Source: Cyanophora paradoxa CCMP329 (lineage: Eukaryota > Plantae > Glaucophyta). From it: a DNA stretch of 64,000 nt. This document shows, piece by piece, positions 35,734 to 47,162 of the stretch. A program made the translations under genes and the position numbers. Location: contig QPMI01000444.1 in assembly GCA_004431415.1 (NCBI GenBank), positions 124,001 through 188,000 on the forward strand, given 5' to 3'. The notes under the pieces were generated by a model. That model was not told where the DNA came from and searched no databases. It saw nothing but the letters and a program-made list of their open reading frames with translations. Within the stretch, counting starts at the first letter, position 1, and the number at the start of each line of letters is the position of its first letter.

Positions 35734-36058
35734 GCCGCCCTTTCCACGCAAGCGTCGTCCGTGTCATTCCCCCGCTCCCATCCCTGCCCCGCCCCTCTCT
35801 GTACAAGCCGAATACCACTCCACTCTACGCATGCTGCCGTGCGCGCATGCCGGCCTGCAAGCTGCGAACGCTTCAGCTCGAGTGCTTTGGGTGCGAAGGT
35901 GCTCCACCGCATGCGCAGCGCAGGAAATGCGCTCCGCTTCGGCCGCAAGCGCTTGCATGGCGGACTTCCTAGAAGCCCGTTCTGGACCTCCTCCTAGAAT
36001 TGGCTATCTCCTAGAATTGGCTATTAAATAGTTAATAACTAGACCTGGCGCCGGCCTT

Positions 36059-39000
36059 GCCAGTGCGGCTGGCCCGCAGGAGGGGCTCAAGGCGAGATCT
36101 CCGGATCCACCTCGCGATCGGAATTCGTCGAGGATCCGGATCCGGAGCGGGCGTCGGAGCAGGCGTCGATGCAGGCGTGGAGGAAGCAGATGCGGGGGTG
36201 GTCCGCCGTGTAGACGTCGGGGAACCGCTGGTACCCCTGCGGCGCGCTCGGGCCGGCGCGGCGGGGGCGGAGGCGGGGGGGGGCGGGGCGCACGGCGAGG
36301 GCCTCCTCGAAGGCGGCGCGGGCGGCGGGGAAGTCGCCGCAGCAGAGGTGGAGCCGCCCGAGCAGATTCAGCATGTGCGCCGAGAGGGGCGTCCGCGCGT
36401 CCCAGTCGAGGAAGCGGTGCAGCGCGCACGCCACCCGCAGGCCCCGCGCCATCGCCGCCGGCGCCACCGACGAGAAGTTGACGATGAAGGCGGTGATCGT
36501 GTCGTTCTGCGGCGAGTGGGGGTGCGCGAAGCGCGTGACGAACTGCCGGTAGGCGAAGAACGCCTTCAGGAAGGAGCCTGCGCTCGATCGTGCGCTCAGG
36601 GGCCCCGGCCGGGGAAGCGAAGGGAGGGGGCGGGCGGCCGGGTGGCCGCGGACCCTGCTTCAAGTGGATGAAAGCAACGAAGGCAGCGATGCGGATCTCC
36701 AGCGTCTCTGCCCGCGCGTGTCAGGCGAGGCGAGGCGGGCCGGCGCGGGAGGGGGAGAGTCCGAGGCGGCCCCGCGCACGCACCGACGTCGGCGTCGCGG
36801 GGGAGGCGGTCGAGGAGGTCCTCCACGGCGGCGATCTCCTCCTCCGCGATAGGTATCCCCGCCTTCGCCTTGAACTTCACTGCCCGGCCCGGCCCCGCGC
36901 GACGTCGGCCACGCTGCAGGGCGCGGGGGGGCGCGGGCGCGGGGGGGCTGCGACTGCGGGCACCGATGATGGAGCGCGCCCAGAACTCGAGCTCGGCGTC
37001 CTGCGAGCACGAGGGGCGCGACGTGAGCGGCGAGCCCACCCGGGGCCGGGGCCAGCGTGGGGCGGGCGGCATGTGTACCCCGGGGACGTCCCTGAACCAG
37101 TAGACCTTGTCGACGTGCTCTCGTGCCTCCTGCATCCTCCCGTGCCGCACTGCGCGGGCGGCTCGCGTGGGCGGGAAGCTGGGGGCCCGCACGGACGTCG
37201 ACGCGCGCACCGTAGGAGGTAACGATGGCGCGGACGAGCCACGCCTCCTCGCGGCTCGGGTAGAGGCCGTGAGCGCGGATGACGGACCAGCCGGCGAAGA
37301 AGTGGTCCAGGGCCTCCTCATCACTCTTCGTCCCCATCCGCAGGCTCCGCAGCCCCGCCCAGTAGCACGCCTACCGCACGGGCGGGTCTCAGCCGCAGCC
37401 CCGGGCGCGCGGGAGCGGGGGCGGTACCTCGGCGAGGAGGCGCGGATCCTCGTGCTCGCGCGGCCGCGCTGCTTCGAGGATGAGCAGTGCCAGCCGCAGC
37501 GAGAGCGAGCTCGGCACGATCAGCAGGTCCTGCACGACTCCGAACTGCAGGAAAGGTCGGCGGGCGGGACGAGCAGCGGTGGGCGCTGGCGGGGACGCAG
37601 GCGCCCGGGCCGCACAAGGTTGTCGTGGACGAGCACAGAGAGGCGCCAGCCGCGCTCGCACGCCGCCCGAAATTCGAATCTACACGCCGAGTTAGAAGGT
37701 ACAGCAAAGCGGCCGGCGGGGCGGAGCGCACATGGGGCCGTGGGCCGCAGCCGTCATGCTGCGGGTGCGCGCCGTCAGCCGAGGGGCCGTGGCGGGGCGG
37801 GGCGGGGCGGGGCGGGGCGGACCCGGCGGCGGCGGCGGCGAAGAGGGCGAGGACGACAGAGCGCTCGAGGGCCATCGAGCGCGTCGCCGCCCGCACCGCC
37901 CGCAGCGCCGCCCGCAGCTGCGCGCGCGCTCGCCCCGGCGGGGGCGGGCCGGGGCGCGGGCGGGCGCGCCTCCTTCTGGCCGGGGTCGGTGAGGACGAGG
38001 CGCGAGTCCAGCACGGGCTCCGTCGCTGCCGGCGCCCGCGGCCTCAGGGCGCCGGCCGCGCGGGGCGCGCCGCGGGGCGGGGCGCACCGAGGACGACGGC
38101 GAGCTCGCGGGCGGCGGCCGCCCCGCGGACGCCCCCTCCGCCACCACCCCCGCCAGCTGCGCCCCGCCGCCCCGCCTCAGCCGCGCCCCGCACGCCCTGC
38201 AGGCCTTGGCCCAGCATGGGCGCACCTCGCGGACGCGCGCCTCCGTCGCCGCGCGCTCCTCGTCGCTCGCGAAGACGTGCCGCCGCGCCGCCTCCGCCGC
38301 CCCGCCGCCCTGCCCCGCGGGTCGGCTCGGGCAGCGTAACGGGGAGGGCGGGGCGGGGCGGACGGGGGCGGCGGGGCCGAAGGGGAGGTCGGGGACGCGG
38401 AGAAAGAGGGCTTCGAGACGGTGGACGAGCTCGGCGGGGTCCCCGGCCCCGGCCGCCGCCCGCAGCACCGCGCCCGAGCTCGCCTCCCCGCCCCTGCCGA
38501 CGCCGGCGACCCCGCCTCCGGCGACGCCGCGCCGCCGCCGCCGCTGCCGCCGGGCGTCACGGGGCCGGCCCCCAAGCCGCACGCCGACTCGATGCGCCGG
38601 ACGAGCGCCGCCGCTTCCTTGAAGAGAGACCCGCGCCGGAGGGCGGCCATGCGCGAGGCCGCCTCGGCCGCCTGCGAACCCGGCGCGTCGGAGGGCTGCG
38701 CGAGCCGCGCGGCGCCGCCCTGCACGGGGCGCGCACTGCAAAGATGGTCTCCATGGCGGAGACCGTCGAGTCGTCGACCCAGCACGATGGGCGCTTCTGT
38801 ACCGTCTGCGATGCGCACGAGGCTCCCACCGAGAGCATCGCGAACGGGTCCGACAGCCCGCTCGCGTCCTCGGCCCCCGCCGGCTCCGGCGCCTCCGCCG
38901 GCTCATACCCGCCCCGCCGCTCCCGCTTTGGCTGCGGTGCGCGCGGCCCGCGCGCCCGCCCCGCCTCCCGCGGCCGCGCCTCGGCCGGCGGCGCCGCGGG

Positions 39001-40100
39001 CTCATCCTCTTCTGAGGAGGCGGGGACGGCGGCCGGCCCGGGGCGGCGGGCGCCGGACTTCTTGGGCGGGGTGCGGACGACGACGACGGCGCGCGCCGCC
39101 CCGAAGACGGGGGCCCCGTCGGCGCGGCTGAAGCGCATCTCGAAGCCGGCGTCGGGGCCGTGCAGGAGGAGCTCCTCGGGCCCCGCCCCGGCCGCCGCCG
39201 GCACGGGCGCCCACCGGTCCGTGCTGCAGAACGCGAACCCGAAGGGGACGTCGATGAGGCCGCCGCTCCCCACCCGCGCCCTCACCGCGTCCACCACCAG
39301 CCCCTGCTGCCGCTCCGTCTACGACCCGGCGCGCCCCGCGTGAGCGGTTGCGCCTCGCGCGCGTCGGCGAGGGGGCGGTGCGGGGCGCACGCGGTAGGGC
39401 GAGTCCAGCGCGAAGCGCAGCAGCGGCCGGGAGCCGGCGCGCGAGGCGGGGGCGGAGGCGACGGCGATCTCTACGTCCTGCCCCTCCAGCTCCCGCGGGC
39501 AGAGGACCTTGAGCTGCTTCCGGAACGTCGTCTCGAAGACGACGAACCCGCGCGCCGAGCGGCCCTCGTCGGGCAGCACGCGCTCCCACACTCGGCCCTC
39601 TGCATCTTGCACGATCGCCGGCGGGTCGCGCCCGTCGCCCACCTGGACAGAAGCCGGAAGCGGAAGGACTGGTCCCGCCCGAGCGCACCTGCGCAGCGCA
39701 AACGCGGGTCGACGTCAGCCGACGCGATGCGCGAGTGCCGGTCTGCTTGCGGATGCGGCGTACTTGAAGTAGAGCAGCGGTGCCGAGCTGCAGCTCGCCG
39801 CACACGCTGGCATCGAAGGCTCCGCGTGCGGGGCCAAGCTCGCAGATGCGGTCGCAACATAAGATGACATCTAAGGCTCCGCCCGCGCGGCTGCGGATGC
39901 TGGCCCCGCAGCTGGCCCTTCGCCTCCGCGCGGGCCGTGGCCGCCTTATCCGCCACTCGGCGGCTTCCTCGACGCAGCTTCAGACACTTTATGATAACCG
40001 CGCATGATCGCGCATGCTGCGGCCTGCCGTGATCGGGCGCTCGTGCGCAAGCTTTAATGCATGTCGTCAATCGGACTGTCGGAGCTCTTGCCGGGTACAG
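36059..40100 (-). repeat. Right arm of the ~4 kb inverted segmental duplication
   Basis: Reverse complement of 29415-33383; arm ends are approximate. Confidence 0.93.
36087..39813 (-). CDS. Unknown protein with C-terminal TPR-like repeats, paralog B
   Basis: Same exon layout as 29648-33345, with an identical C-terminus ...SDREVDPEISP-stop. Confidence 0.65.
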
Positions 40101-40136
40101 GCGCACCTGTTCCGCTGGGTACGCAGCACAGGCAGC

Positions 40137-43100
40137 ATGCACTTGGCGTCGGCCACGGCGCCGGCAGCGCCGTCGACGTCGCTGTCGCCAGAAGCTAGAA
40201 TTCAGGCGTTTTCGCTCGTCTCGCCCCAACCGCCGCATCGCAGTCGAGTGCCAAGCACGTTCTTTGGTGCAGCGCTGCGTGCGGAGACGCAACATGATCA
40301 GGCACGGCGTGCATCACGTCGTCGCATACCGCAGCAGCAGCCAAGCGCGTCGGTCGAGCCTATCAACCCGCGCGTGCGGTCGGCGCCGGCTGCGCCGATG
40401 CGGCCTCCTTCAGTCCCGCGCGTCTCAGCGTTGGAGTTTTTAGATGCGTCCAGAAGGTCCGTCGCGCGTGCCTGGCCGCCGCAGAGCGCATCAATATTCG
40501 ACCCAACCGTGCAGGTCGGCCTTCGAAGCCAGGCAGAAGTTTGCAGAGCGAGAGTCGGTTCAGATCGCCCGAACCAAGACGACCCCGGCGCAGCGAGCGG
40601 CTTTGGAGAAGGCTCGTGCGAAGCAGAGGCGAAAAGAAGAGCGAAGGGGGCGCGTGCGCGCGAAGTCTGCGGCAGACACCGCGGACCCGGCAGAGTTCCT
40701 GCGGGCGGCCTTTGCGAGCGCTTCGGGCGCGGCGGTCAAGTCCGCGGGTTGGAGGAGTGCGGCGGCGGCCGGGAGCGCGGGGCAGCAGAGGTCCCTCGGG
40801 GCGGGCAGCGCGTGGGGCGGACAGGAGCAGGAGCTGGAGGGCCTCAGGGCGCTCCTGCGGTCCCTCCAGGCGCGCAGCTGCGCCCGGGGACGCCGCCCAG
40901 ACGCGCCTGACCCGCCGGCGCCGCGCAGGAGCGGGAGCGCGGGGCGAACTGCGAGCCGGTCGCCCTGTCCCAGTTCAACGCGCTGCTGGAGGAGTGCGGG
41001 AAGAAGGGCCGCACGGCCAGCGCCCTGCGCATATACGAGACGCTCCTCGAGCTCTCCGCCAACGGCTCCCCGGGCGTCCTCAAGATCGGCCCGCAGCCGC
41101 AGCTCGCGCCCGACGCGGAGACGCACGCGGCGCTGCTGGGGGCCCTCTGCCGCGCCGGCCACGTCCGCCTCGCCGCCGCCGTGCTCGACCGCGTGGCCGC
41201 CGCCGGCGCCCGGCCCGACGCCGCCGCGCGGCTCCGCGTGGCGCGCGCGGCGCTGCGGCTGGCGCGCGAGGCGGCGGGGGCGCCGGGGCGGGGGCGGCTC
41301 GCCGGCGCCGTCGGTGCCGGCGGCGGCGTACACGAACCTCGTGCTGCGGCTCTACCGCGAGGCCCGGGAGGAGGGGCCCGTCCCCGCCGAGCTCGAGGCC
41401 GCCCTCCTCGAGGCCCTGCCCCCTCGCCCCCGCCCCGCGCGTCCCGCTGAGGGCTCCGCAGGGGTACCTCCTCGCGGGGGACGCGGGGCGGGGCGTGGAG
41501 CACGCGCGGTCCCTGGCGGACGAGGGGGCCCCCGCGCTGGCCCCCGCCGCCCTCCTCACCCTCGCCCGCCTCGCCGCGGCGCGCTGGGGGCCCCTCGCCG
41601 GCCTCCAGGCCCTCGTGCGCCCCGTGGCCGCCCCGCCCCGCCCTCTTACCTTCTGAAGCGGGGCGCGCGGCGCAGGAGGAGATGGAGGCGGCGGGGGTGG
41701 GCCTGCGCTCGCGGGGCTACTCGGCGCTGGCGGGGGACCTCGCCGGCCGGGGCGAGGGCCCCGCGGCGCGCGCCGTGCTCGAGGCGGCGCGCGACGCCGG
41801 CTGCACGCCCGGCCGCGACCTCTTCCTCGCCCTCCTCCGCCTCTGCGCCACGGCGCCCCGGGTGCGGCAGGTCCTCGCCGCGATGGCGCGGGCGCGGGTG
41901 CCGATGACCGGCGAGGCGTACGCGGCGGCCATGGGCGCCTGCCTCCGCGACCCCGCCCCCGACGGCCTCCGCCAGTTCCGCCGCCTCTACCGCGTGCGCC
42001 TCCCGCACCCCCGGCCCTTCCTCGGCCGACGTGCTCGGCGCAGGGGATGGAGGCGGCCGGGGTGCAGCAGACGTCGGAGCTGCGGGCGATGCTCGTGACG
42101 TACCTCGCCCGGGGCGGGCCCGAGATCGCGCCCGCGCCGGCGGGCGTGGCCGGCGAGGACCCCGCGGAGGCGGCGGCGGCGGCCGAGGAGCGGCGCGGGG
42201 GCCGGCCCGAGGGCGGCGCCGGCGGCGCGGGGGACGAGGCGCTGCGGGCGTCGCGGCTGCGGGAGGAGGCGGCGGCCGAGGAGGAGGCCGGCGGCGTCTG
42301 GGCGGGGCTCATCGCGCCTGGCGAGGAGGGCCGCCGGCGCCGGCCCCGGCGCCTTGTGCTCGCCGAGGACGAGATCGAGGGGCAGGGCGACGAGGAGGAG
42401 GAGGCGGGGTCTGGGGCCGAGCGGGGCGCCGGGACGCCCGAGGGCCTGGCGCGGGCCTTCGGGGTCCTGGAGGGCCTCGTGGGGCCCGGGCGGCCCGCCC
42501 CGCCCGAGCCCCTCCTCCTCGCCCTCCTCGACGCCTGCCTCCGCGCCCTCCCGCCCCCGGCGAGCAGGCCCGGCCCGGCCCCCTCCCCGGCCCGCCGCCC
42601 GAGGCGGGGTCCGAGGCCGAGGCGGGGGCGGCGGCGCCGGCGCCCTGGGAGCGGGCGCTGGGCGTGCTGGCGGTGTGCCGGGCGTGCGGGGCGCTACCGA
42701 CGGTCCGCGTCTACAACGCCGCCCTCCTCGTCCTCTCGCGCGCCCGCCAGGCGAGCCGCCCCGCCCCCGCGTTGCCCGGGCGCGCCAGACGCCCGGCGCA
42801 GTTCGGGGCGGCCATGGAGCTGTACGACGAGATGCGGGCCGTCGGGGAGCCGGCCGCCACCCTCGCCCGCGTGCGCCCTGCCTCCCCCGGTCCCTCTTTC
42901 ACGCTTTTCCGAGCCCTGCGCGAAGGTGGAGCCGGACCGGGTGACGTACGGCCTCCTCATGCACGCCGCCGTCGAGGCCGGCCGCGTCGACGCCGCCGTG
43001 CGCCCCGGCCGCGGCCCCTCGAGCTCGGGGCGCCCGCCGCCTCACCTCAGCCCGGCCCCCGCGCGCGCAGGTGGAGCTCTTCGTGGCGATGGAGGGGGCG

Positions 43101-43762
43101 GGGATCGCCCCCAACGCGGCCATCTACGCCCTCCTCGTGCGGGGGTACGGCCTCGCCAACGACCTCGCGAGCGCCCAGTACGTCTTCCGCGAGATGAAGG
43201 CCTCCGGCATCCGGTGCGCCCCGGCCCGCGCGTTCGCCTCCGCCACGGGACTTGTCGATCGTGACGCGGCGGCAGGCCGCCGCGCGTGGCGTACGACGCG
43301 CTCATCGTCGCCTGCCTCCGCTGGTGCGCCCGCCGCCGGAGCGCGAGCGCCCCGGCGCCCAGTGACCGCGCCGGGGCGCCGGCACGCGCGCAGCCGGCGG
43401 CTGGACGAGGCGATGGCGGCGGTGCGGGAGCTGAAGGGGAGCGGCCTGCGCCTCGAGGCCGACGCCCGCGCCTTCTTCCGCCTCTACGGCTCCGCCGAGG
43501 GCCTCGCCGCCCGCCTCGAGCCCTTCCGCCGCGTGCGCGGCCCCGCCCTGGCGGAGCTCGACGGCGCCTCCCTCGCCGCCCTCGCCGGCGCCGCCCGCCG
43601 CGAGGCCGGCGAGGCCGCCGCCGACGCCCTCATGTCCGCCCGCCCCCTGCCCAGCGCCCCCCGCCGCTCTGCTGACCGGGGCCTCCGGGCAGGCACTCGC
43701 TGTCGGCGGCGGGCGTGCGGCCCAACCAGCGCCTCCTCGCGTACCTTTCCTTTGGGCGATGA
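40137..43762 (+). CDS. Pentatricopeptide repeat (PPR) protein, probably organelle-targeted, multi-exon
   Basis: PPR motifs FNALLEECGKKG, PTVRVYNAALLVLSRARQ, EPDRVTYGLLMHAAVEAG, APNAAIYALLVRGYG and AYDALIVAC. Confidence 0.85.
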
Positions 43763-44022
43763 GCGGGCCCCACCCCACTGGGCCCACCCCTCCCCGCCCT
43801 GCCCCCCCCTCCCCGCTGTACCCCCTGTGTCGGTCCTCCTCTCTCCGGTTCAACTCCGCCCAAGTGCACTTTCAAGTTTCTCAGCTGCGCTGCCGTTACG
43901 AGCGCCCGGCCCTCCTGGCTCTACGCGATCGTTGCGAAGCTAAGCAGCCTACGCTAAGTTGGGCCGACAGCCTCCGAGGCCCAGGGACGCGCGTACGCGC
44001 GAAAAGCTCTGCTGTGGCAGTG

Positions 44023-45907
44023 ATGGCGGCCCCCTCGCTTTCCGAGCTGCCGTGCGAGCTCATCTCCCTCTGCCTCTCGTTTCTAGATGCACGGGAGCGC
44101 TTCCTATGCTCGGGGGTCTGTCGGGCGTTCCGCAAGGCATCCCGCCTCGCCCCGCACAGTGCTTCGCTTGAGCTCACGTGCGCTCCGAGGGCCGTGGCGT
44201 GATGAGCGCTGCTCACGTTATATTGACGCAGGGTGAATGTGGACGTGCTGTCGGGGGATGCGATCGCACGGCTGCCGGCGACAGTGCTTTCCAGCCTGCG
44301 GGGACGGCCGCTCGCAGCTGGCGACGCTCAGAAAGTGCTGATGGACCCCATATGCAGCCAGCTTAAGCGGTTTCGTTTGACGGCGGTGTTCGAAGGCCGC
44401 CCGTCCAGCCACGTCGGCGCGGTCGTCGACGCGCTTCCTCAAACGCTAGAGTCGCCGTCCAGCCACGTCGGCTCGGTCATCGACGCGCTCCCGCCAACGC
44501 TAGAGTCGCTGCGGATCACCACTCGCCGCTTTGACGGCCTGGATGACGCCGACGCTTTCCTCGCCCAGCTTCAGCTACACTCCAAGCCCTTCGCCGCGCG
44601 ACTGCGCGAGCTGCGCCTGGAGAGCGCTGTGGGCCACCATTCCCGCCTGGCGCGTATCGGCGACGTGCTGCAGGTGCCGCTGCGCCGGCTGCTCGCGTCG
44701 CGCGCGGGCTCCCCGCGAGGTGCGGGCACCGATCGCAGCGCGCGCGCACACACACAGATGCTGCGCCTGCCGTCCCTCGAGCTGCTGGACGCCGACCTGT
44801 GCAACGTCGACGCCGAGCGGCTGCTCCGGCTCCTCCCCTCCCTGCGCCGCATCGCCGGCGTCAGCCAGGGGGACGATCCCGCCAGGGGCGCCGGCGACCT
44901 GGCGGCCCTGGCCGCGCGCGGCCTCCGCTGCCACTCGCTCCACCTTGAGTGCCTCGTCCTGGGCCCCGCCGCCGCCCTCGCCCTCGCCCTCATCGACCCT
45001 CGCGGCTTCCCCGCCGGCTTCGGCGCAGGAGGCAGCTCCCGCGACGCCTCCGCCCTCCACCTGACCGACGCCACGCTCCCCGACGCCCTCCCCTCCCCCG
45101 ACTGCCTCGCCGGCGTCGAGAGGTCCGCCCCGCTCCGCGCCCCCCCCCCCCCCCCCCCCCCCCACGACCTTCAATCCTCGCCTGCCCGCAGCTGACGCGC
45201 CCCGCACACAGCATCTACGTCATCGACTGCATGAACCTGGGTTGCGCTGCCCTCCGCTGGCTGACAGGTGCGCCCCTTCGGCTCGCGCTTGCACCCCCGC
45301 CTCGGAGCTCCGCCCCGCATCCTGACGCGCCAGGCCGCAGGCGGGCCACACGTTCCGACGCTGAAGCGGATGGTGTTCGATTGCTCGGTTGACTGCGCGC
45401 CCCGTGCGCCCTGCCCCGCCCCGGTCCTGCTCTCCGCCCCTCACGCCGCTGCGCATGCACGCGCCGGCGCCTCAGGCCAGCTGCTCGAGGCCGTCGAGAG
45501 CTTGCCGGAGGGCGTCAGCGTGGAGATATATGTCCAGCGCGGATGGCGCGTCGCGATCGCCCCCGCCCCGTCCGGCCCTCCCGCCCTGACGGCGAGCTCG
45601 GCGGGCCCCGCGCAGGGCGGTTGAGGAGCTGGTGCACCTCTTCGACGCGGCGCAGCGGTCCCCGCGGCTGCTCCGCGACATCCGCATCTGCCACTGGGGC
45701 CCCCGCCTCCCGGCCCCCGTCGAAGCCGCCCAGGAGCGCTACGTCGCCGCCGTGGTGCGCCCCCACTCGCCGCGGCCGTGGCCCTAACGCCGCCTTCTCT
45801 CGCGGCCGACGTCGACCCCTGCCTCGCAGGAGGAGTTTACGCGACAGCAGTCGGCAGCGGAGAGCCCCGCGGCGACGTCGCCCGACGCGGCCGCCCCCAG
45901 CTCGTGA
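44023..45907 (+). CDS. F-box protein with LRR-like C-terminal region
   Basis: N-terminal LSELPCELISLCLSFLDARERFLCSGVCRAFR is an F-box; LxxLxL repeats follow (LESLRI, LRELRL, LPSLELL). Confidence 0.78.
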
Positions 45908-46687
45908 ACGGGCCAAGTTCTCCTCGCCCCTCTCGCGAGAGCGGGCTCGCGCGGCGGCGTGTCTTCAAATAGATATTTCGCATCGTGATAATCACGCGGA
46001 CTACAGCAAGCACTTAACTCACTCGGCTTATTTCTCGCGCGGGTAAGACTCTGAGATCTAGATCAGGATCGTATGCTGGAGATATCTGATTTGAATATAC
46101 TGCCGGCCGTACACTCTAGGTGACTACAATTGGATGCCTGTAAACGATCAGGGGGCTGCACACGAGGCTAAGGTCTGTGACTAGACCGACAGCTACGAGG
46201 GTGCTGGCCTCTGGGCGCCTCAAGGGACGGTGTGGGCGGGAAACGCGAAATTGAGGCGGCTCGGGCGCCGCGCTTGCGTGCGAAAACGCGTATGGGTACG
46301 CTAGTACAAGTTGACTACCTGAATCAAATTCGGAACTTGAAGTTTAGACTGCGAAACGGGGCTCGAACAGCCGGCTCGCTAACCTCAGTAAATCTACTTT
46401 ACTACCCATTAACTCACTCGGCTTATTTCTCGCGCGGGTAAGACTCTGAGATCTAGATCAGGATCGTATGCTGGAGATATCTGATTTGAATATACTGCCG
46501 GCCGTACTACGGTACACTCTAGGTGACTACAATTGGATGCCGCGGCGACGTCGCCCGACGCGGCCGCCCCCAGCTCGTGAACGGGCCAAGTTCTCCTCGC
46601 CCCTCTCGCGAGAGCGGGCTCGCGCGGCGGCGTGTCTTCAAATAGATATTTCGCATCGTGATAATCACGCGGACTACAGCAAGCACT
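45867..46687 (+). repeat. Circularly permuted direct duplication A-B ... B'-A'
   Basis: A=45867-46014, B=46014-46138, B'=46409-46541, A'=46540-46687; the copies are near-identical. Confidence 0.9.
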
Positions 46688-47162
46688 AAACGGTTCTGAC
46701 TGGACAAAGCTACTGGGCTAGTAGGTGAACGCTAGGGGGAGGCGGACGGGGCGGGATCCGCCCGCGTGTTACGCTGCGACGAGCTGCCTGCTCGGGTGGT
46801 TTGGTTGCCGTCGGGGGTTGCTTGAGCCCGGCCGGCAGCCGCGCAGGTGGTACGCGGGGCGGGCGGCGCCGCGGGACGGGCGCCAGGATGAAAGTGTCGC
46901 CGGCGCCGGCATCAGCCGGGGCGTGCCGGGGTGCGGTGCGACTAGCAGCGCGCTGGGTAGGTGGTTGCCTTCGGGGGGGTTGCTTGAGAGCCCAGCGGCC
47001 GCCTCGCGGGGCGGCACGCGGTCGGCGGATGCGGCGACGGGACGTAGACGGGAGGCGGAGGGGGCAGGACGGGGGCGGCGGCGGAGAAGGGGGACGAGAG
47101 GAGAAAGGAGGGCGGAGGCCGGGGCGGGGGAGGGCGCGGAGGCTCGCGGGGCGGCGGGGCCC

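Noticed and set aside
29341-43943. Numerous overlapping Arg/Pro/Gly-rich ORFs
   Set aside because: They result from stop-codon scarcity in very GC-rich DNA and read through introns in the wrong frames.
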